Origin: a virus
Taxonomy: Duplodnaviria > Caudoviricetes
Reading direction: 5' to 3' (one strand)
Length of the DNA: 57,731 bases
Virus record (IMG/VR): IMGVR_UViG_3300022407_003597
Coordinates: 1 to 57,731 of that record
Positions 55,115-57,731 of this stretch are shown piece after piece; position 1 is the stretch's first letter, and each line of letters opens with the position of its first letter. The translations under genes and the position numbers were made by a program. The notes under the pieces were generated by a model. The model saw nothing but the letters and a program-made list of their open reading frames with translations, made no database searches and was not told where the DNA came from.

Positions 55115-55405
55115 ATGTTCACTAGAAAGCAATACATGGCCGGCGAATGCACCCATCGCCAATACTATGCCCAGTTCGTGAGCCCGCATGTAATTGCAGC
55201 GGTATCAAAAGCAATCGGCAAGCGCCGCATTCTCCAATCGACCAATGAGCATTTCAACGATATTCCATTGCGCGAATGGGACTGCATAGGTAAGGGCTTC
55301 GTTATGGCTCAATCGTTCGAAGCCTGCGGTGATTTCGCAACCCTTGCCGGCCTTGTTTGTATCGCTAAGGAAGCCGCGCAACAGATCAAGGAAAAAGCGC
55401 AATGA
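55115..55405 (+). CDS. Phage hypothetical protein
   Basis: H..YYAQFV, HFNDIPL..WD, VC.AKEAA. Confidence 0.7.
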   Translation: MFTRKQYMAGECTHRQYYAQFVSPHVIAAVSKAIGKRRILQSTNEHFNDIPLREWDCIGKGFVMAQSFEACGDFATLAGLVCIAKEAAQQIKEKAQ

Positions 55406-55794
55406 AAGCAACGATCAAACCGCAAGGCTTAGGCCGGCATATCCCCGAGTCCGTCGACCGCATGCGCTTGCGTAGCGTGTTGAATCTCGTGGTGTTGCAT
55501 GATGGGCGCATCCGCAACCCTATCACGGCGCGTTTCTACATGGCACCCAGTGGCGGGCGCACGCATTGCACGGTGTTCGTGCATTGGGAAGAGCATCACT
55601 ACGTGGGCTATGCCGCAGTAGGCGGTTACGGGTATCACCGAGCTAGCGCGGCCCTTCAGTCGGCGCTGGAGAAGGCCGGCATCCGCATTGATGAGGAAAT
55701 CGCGGGCCGAGGGGACGGCGCTATGGAGTCGGCCATGAACGCCATTGCTGACGCCATCGGATGCGGTCCTGTTCGTTATGTCGTGAGGAACTGA
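55402..55794 (+). CDS. Phage hypothetical protein
   Basis: GGYGYH..SAA...AL..AG motif. Confidence 0.7.
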   Translation: MKATIKPQGLGRHIPESVDRMRLRSVLNLVVLHDGRIRNPITARFYMAPSGGRTHCTVFVHWEEHHYVGYAAVGGYGYHRASAALQSALEKAGIRIDEEIAGRGDGAMESAMNAIADAIGCGPVRYVVRN

Positions 55795-55796
55795 CC

Positions 55797-56210
55797 ATGG
55801 AGCGCTCAGACCTTCTCAAAATCCGCGATGCGTTCATCACATGCGCAATCTGGGCCGACGCCCCGGAGGGTACACGGCCGCGCGCCACCGCGCAGGCTAA
55901 GCAATGCGCGCTTGCCTACATCGTCAGCGCATTCACGAGTGATCCGAAACTCAAACCACTGATTGCAAGCATCTTGCAAAACCAGGAATACGGATGGGAC
56001 AACGGACGACGCGATGCGCCTGCAGCCTTCGGCCATGATCTGTGGCTTACGTCTCAAGGGCACGGAACTGGGTTCTGGGACCGCGAGGCCTTGCGTGGCG
56101 ACGGCACCGGGAATGCAATGGCTCAGGCCGTCAGGTCCTGCGGCTACGCCCTCGATCATTGGTTTGAGGGTGGATGGATCAGGTTTCAAATGTACAAAAA
56201 AGCGACATGA
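55797..56210 (+). CDS. Phage hypothetical protein
   Basis: GHDLWLT..GHG.GFWDR motif. Confidence 0.75.
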   Translation: MERSDLLKIRDAFITCAIWADAPEGTRPRATAQAKQCALAYIVSAFTSDPKLKPLIASILQNQEYGWDNGRRDAPAAFGHDLWLTSQGHGTGFWDREALRGDGTGNAMAQAVRSCGYALDHWFEGGWIRFQMYKKAT

Positions 56211-56461
56211 CCAAATACCAATACATCGTAAGCGTCAGTATCGTGGACCGCTCGCGCGATAACTGGCCTGACGCAAGGTTTCTCACGGCAGAAAGCGCCG
56301 TGAATGCCGCAAACCTCGCCTACGGAGCGCTGCGGTTATTTACCATCGACGCGCTCTGTTCTACAAAATTCAACGTGCGCGACATTCGTAAATTAGAGCG
56401 CGTGACGCTGGAACCGACTACCCGGCACTTCAGCGTCAGCATCACGCGCACCCCTCGTTAA
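56207..56461 (+). CDS. Hypothetical protein
   Basis: ATGA overlap. Confidence 0.55.
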   Translation: MTKYQYIVSVSIVDRSRDNWPDARFLTAESAVNAANLAYGALRLFTIDALCSTKFNVRDIRKLERVTLEPTTRHFSVSITRTPR

Positions 56462-56473
56462 AAAGGAACGATC

Positions 56474-57100
56474 ATGTATCAGTACCTGAATCTGGCAATC
56501 GGTGCGCCTGCGCGTCTGCAGGCCCTAAAGCGCGCGGCCTTGCAGCGTCCCGGGCATACTTGGCGCGACGTTCGTTACAGCACGTTCAAAACCGCTAGCG
56601 GCGCATGGCACGCAGGTAAGAACGGAACAGAATCCGTTTACTGCATGCACGGCGATAACCACTCCATGCGCGAGATGGGGGCCGCTGAACAAGTGAATCA
56701 CATCCGGCACACGGGATGGTATACAGACCCTTACGGCGAAAACACAATGCGCGGCATCGTTATTTCCCTGCCTCATGCCCGCTATCTTGCCGGCTACGTG
56801 TTCAGCATGAATGATGAACGGGTCATACGGCCTCAACTCCATACGGACAAGGTAGATGCCGCTTACATGGCCGATGAGCACGCGCGAGTTGCGGCTGAAC
56901 GTGAGATGGAGTATCGGACACGATGGCAGGAAGGCCAGCGGCTGCACGATAAGGTGCAAGACGCGATGCATCGACTGCGTGAATGCCGCGTCCTGCGCCA
57001 TCGGGACGCGCGCTATACCGACGAGGCGCACGAATGCATCGAGCGCATCCGCATGGCGCGCCTTGAACTGTCCACCAACTACAGCGACATGGAGTATTGA
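56474..57100 (+). CDS. Phage hypothetical protein
   Basis: AAGGAA RBS; H.GWYTD....RG.V..LPH.R.LAGY, AA..AD..A...AE.E. Confidence 0.75.
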   Translation: MYQYLNLAIGAPARLQALKRAALQRPGHTWRDVRYSTFKTASGAWHAGKNGTESVYCMHGDNHSMREMGAAEQVNHIRHTGWYTDPYGENTMRGIVISLPHARYLAGYVFSMNDERVIRPQLHTDKVDAAYMADEHARVAAEREMEYRTRWQEGQRLHDKVQDAMHRLRECRVLRHRDARYTDEAHECIERIRMARLELSTNYSDMEY

Positions 57101-57252
57101 TGCGCCCACTACTCGCAATCCTCTGCCTAGCCGCAGGCATCATCGCGGGGGCCAATGCCTCAGTTAAGTCGGGCACCATCCTGCCTTTCTTCGCCCATGT
57201 CTTCATCGGCATTGTGGGTGCAGCCCTCGTTCTACCTGGGAAGGGAAGATAA
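57100..57252 (+). CDS. Small two-TM membrane protein (50 aa)
   Basis: TGATG overlap, GGAG RBS; MRPLLAILCLAAGIIAGANASVKSGTILPFFAHVFIGIVGAALVLPGKGR. Confidence 0.6.
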   Translation: MRPLLAILCLAAGIIAGANASVKSGTILPFFAHVFIGIVGAALVLPGKGR

Positions 57253-57254
57253 TC

Positions 57255-57455
57255 ATGGCGCATCATCAGTTTACTGTGGTCATAACAAATTCAACGGGTG
57301 CACGTCGCTATTACATTGATAGCAAGCGCGTTCCGTTTGAAACCTATGAATTGAAAGTCATCATGTGCCGCATGTTCGGCCGTCACGAGTGCTTCACGCA
57401 GGACTGCACCAGCACGCATACACGACTGCACAGCTCAGGTAGTACGCACACCTAG
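57255..57455 (+). CDS. Hypothetical protein
   Basis: RYYID.KRV pattern; last gene before a terminator. Confidence 0.65.
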   Translation: MAHHQFTVVITNSTGARRYYIDSKRVPFETYELKVIMCRMFGRHECFTQDCTSTHTRLHSSGSTHT

Positions 57456-57480
57456 GCCATCGCAATCGATCACCCCAGAC

Positions 57481-57508
57481 ACCCGGCCACTGTGCCGGGT
57501 TTTCTTTT
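57481..57508 (+). terminator. Rho-independent terminator of the right-arm operon
   Basis: ACCCGGC-cactgt-GCCGGGT-TTTCTTTT. Confidence 0.85.
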
Positions 57509-57517
57509 GCCTTCATT

Positions 57518-57598
57518 GCTATCAATTCTATAGCGCTATGAAATAGATAGCGTCTGTTCTTAGCCCCTCTACATGGGCCGTGCTATCAAACACATAGC
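57518..57598. repeat. Three GCTAT-N7-ATAGC palindromes
   Basis: 57518-57534, 57535-57551, 57582-57598. Confidence 0.85.
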
Positions 57599-57731
57599 GC
57601 GCCATCCTGCTGGTTACCCATCACATGCATGGAGCTAACCCCCTGTAGCTCAGGTCCTGGGCTAGAGAATCACTAGTTACGTCGGGGCAATGGGTCCCTC
57701 TATGCATGGCTACGGGCGTCGGGTCTCTTTT

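Noticed and set aside
1-57731. Lysogeny module, tRNA genes, introns or inteins
   Set aside because: No integrase, ParA or CI-peptidase motifs, no cloverleaf and no intein ends recognised by eye; tRNAscan and HMM searches would be needed for certainty

Overview
The window looks like an essentially complete 57.7-kb genome of a virulent, long-tailed (siphovirus) phage. Its gene order is Chi/BcepNazgul-like (Casjensviridae-like); this is inferred from gene order and protein motifs, not from a database search. The first 11 nt appear to be Illumina adapter. Layout: (i) repeat-rich non-coding left end; (ii) leftward primase-helicase and HTH gene; (iii) rightward replication module (Cas4-like nuclease, SSB, family-B DNA polymerase, VRR-NUC, SNF2 helicase); (iv) lambda-like packaging and head genes, and tail genes with a -1 frameshift chaperone and a 1472-aa tape measure; (v) mosaic receptor-binding region (two fibres, a secreted SGNH esterase, a gp38-like Gly-rich adhesin); (vi) GH19 lysis cassette; (vii) leftward accessory block (MazG-like, Nudix, exonuclease, DUF1643, two ASCH-like genes); (viii) rightward arm of small unknown genes. 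No integrase, tRNA, CRISPR array or reverse transcriptase was seen. The most striking unexplained signal is that six unrelated proteins end in exactly -DDEL, and several more in close acidic-Leu variants, suggesting a phage-wide C-terminal tag or a reused translational-coupling cassette. Several repeated cis-elements also stand out.
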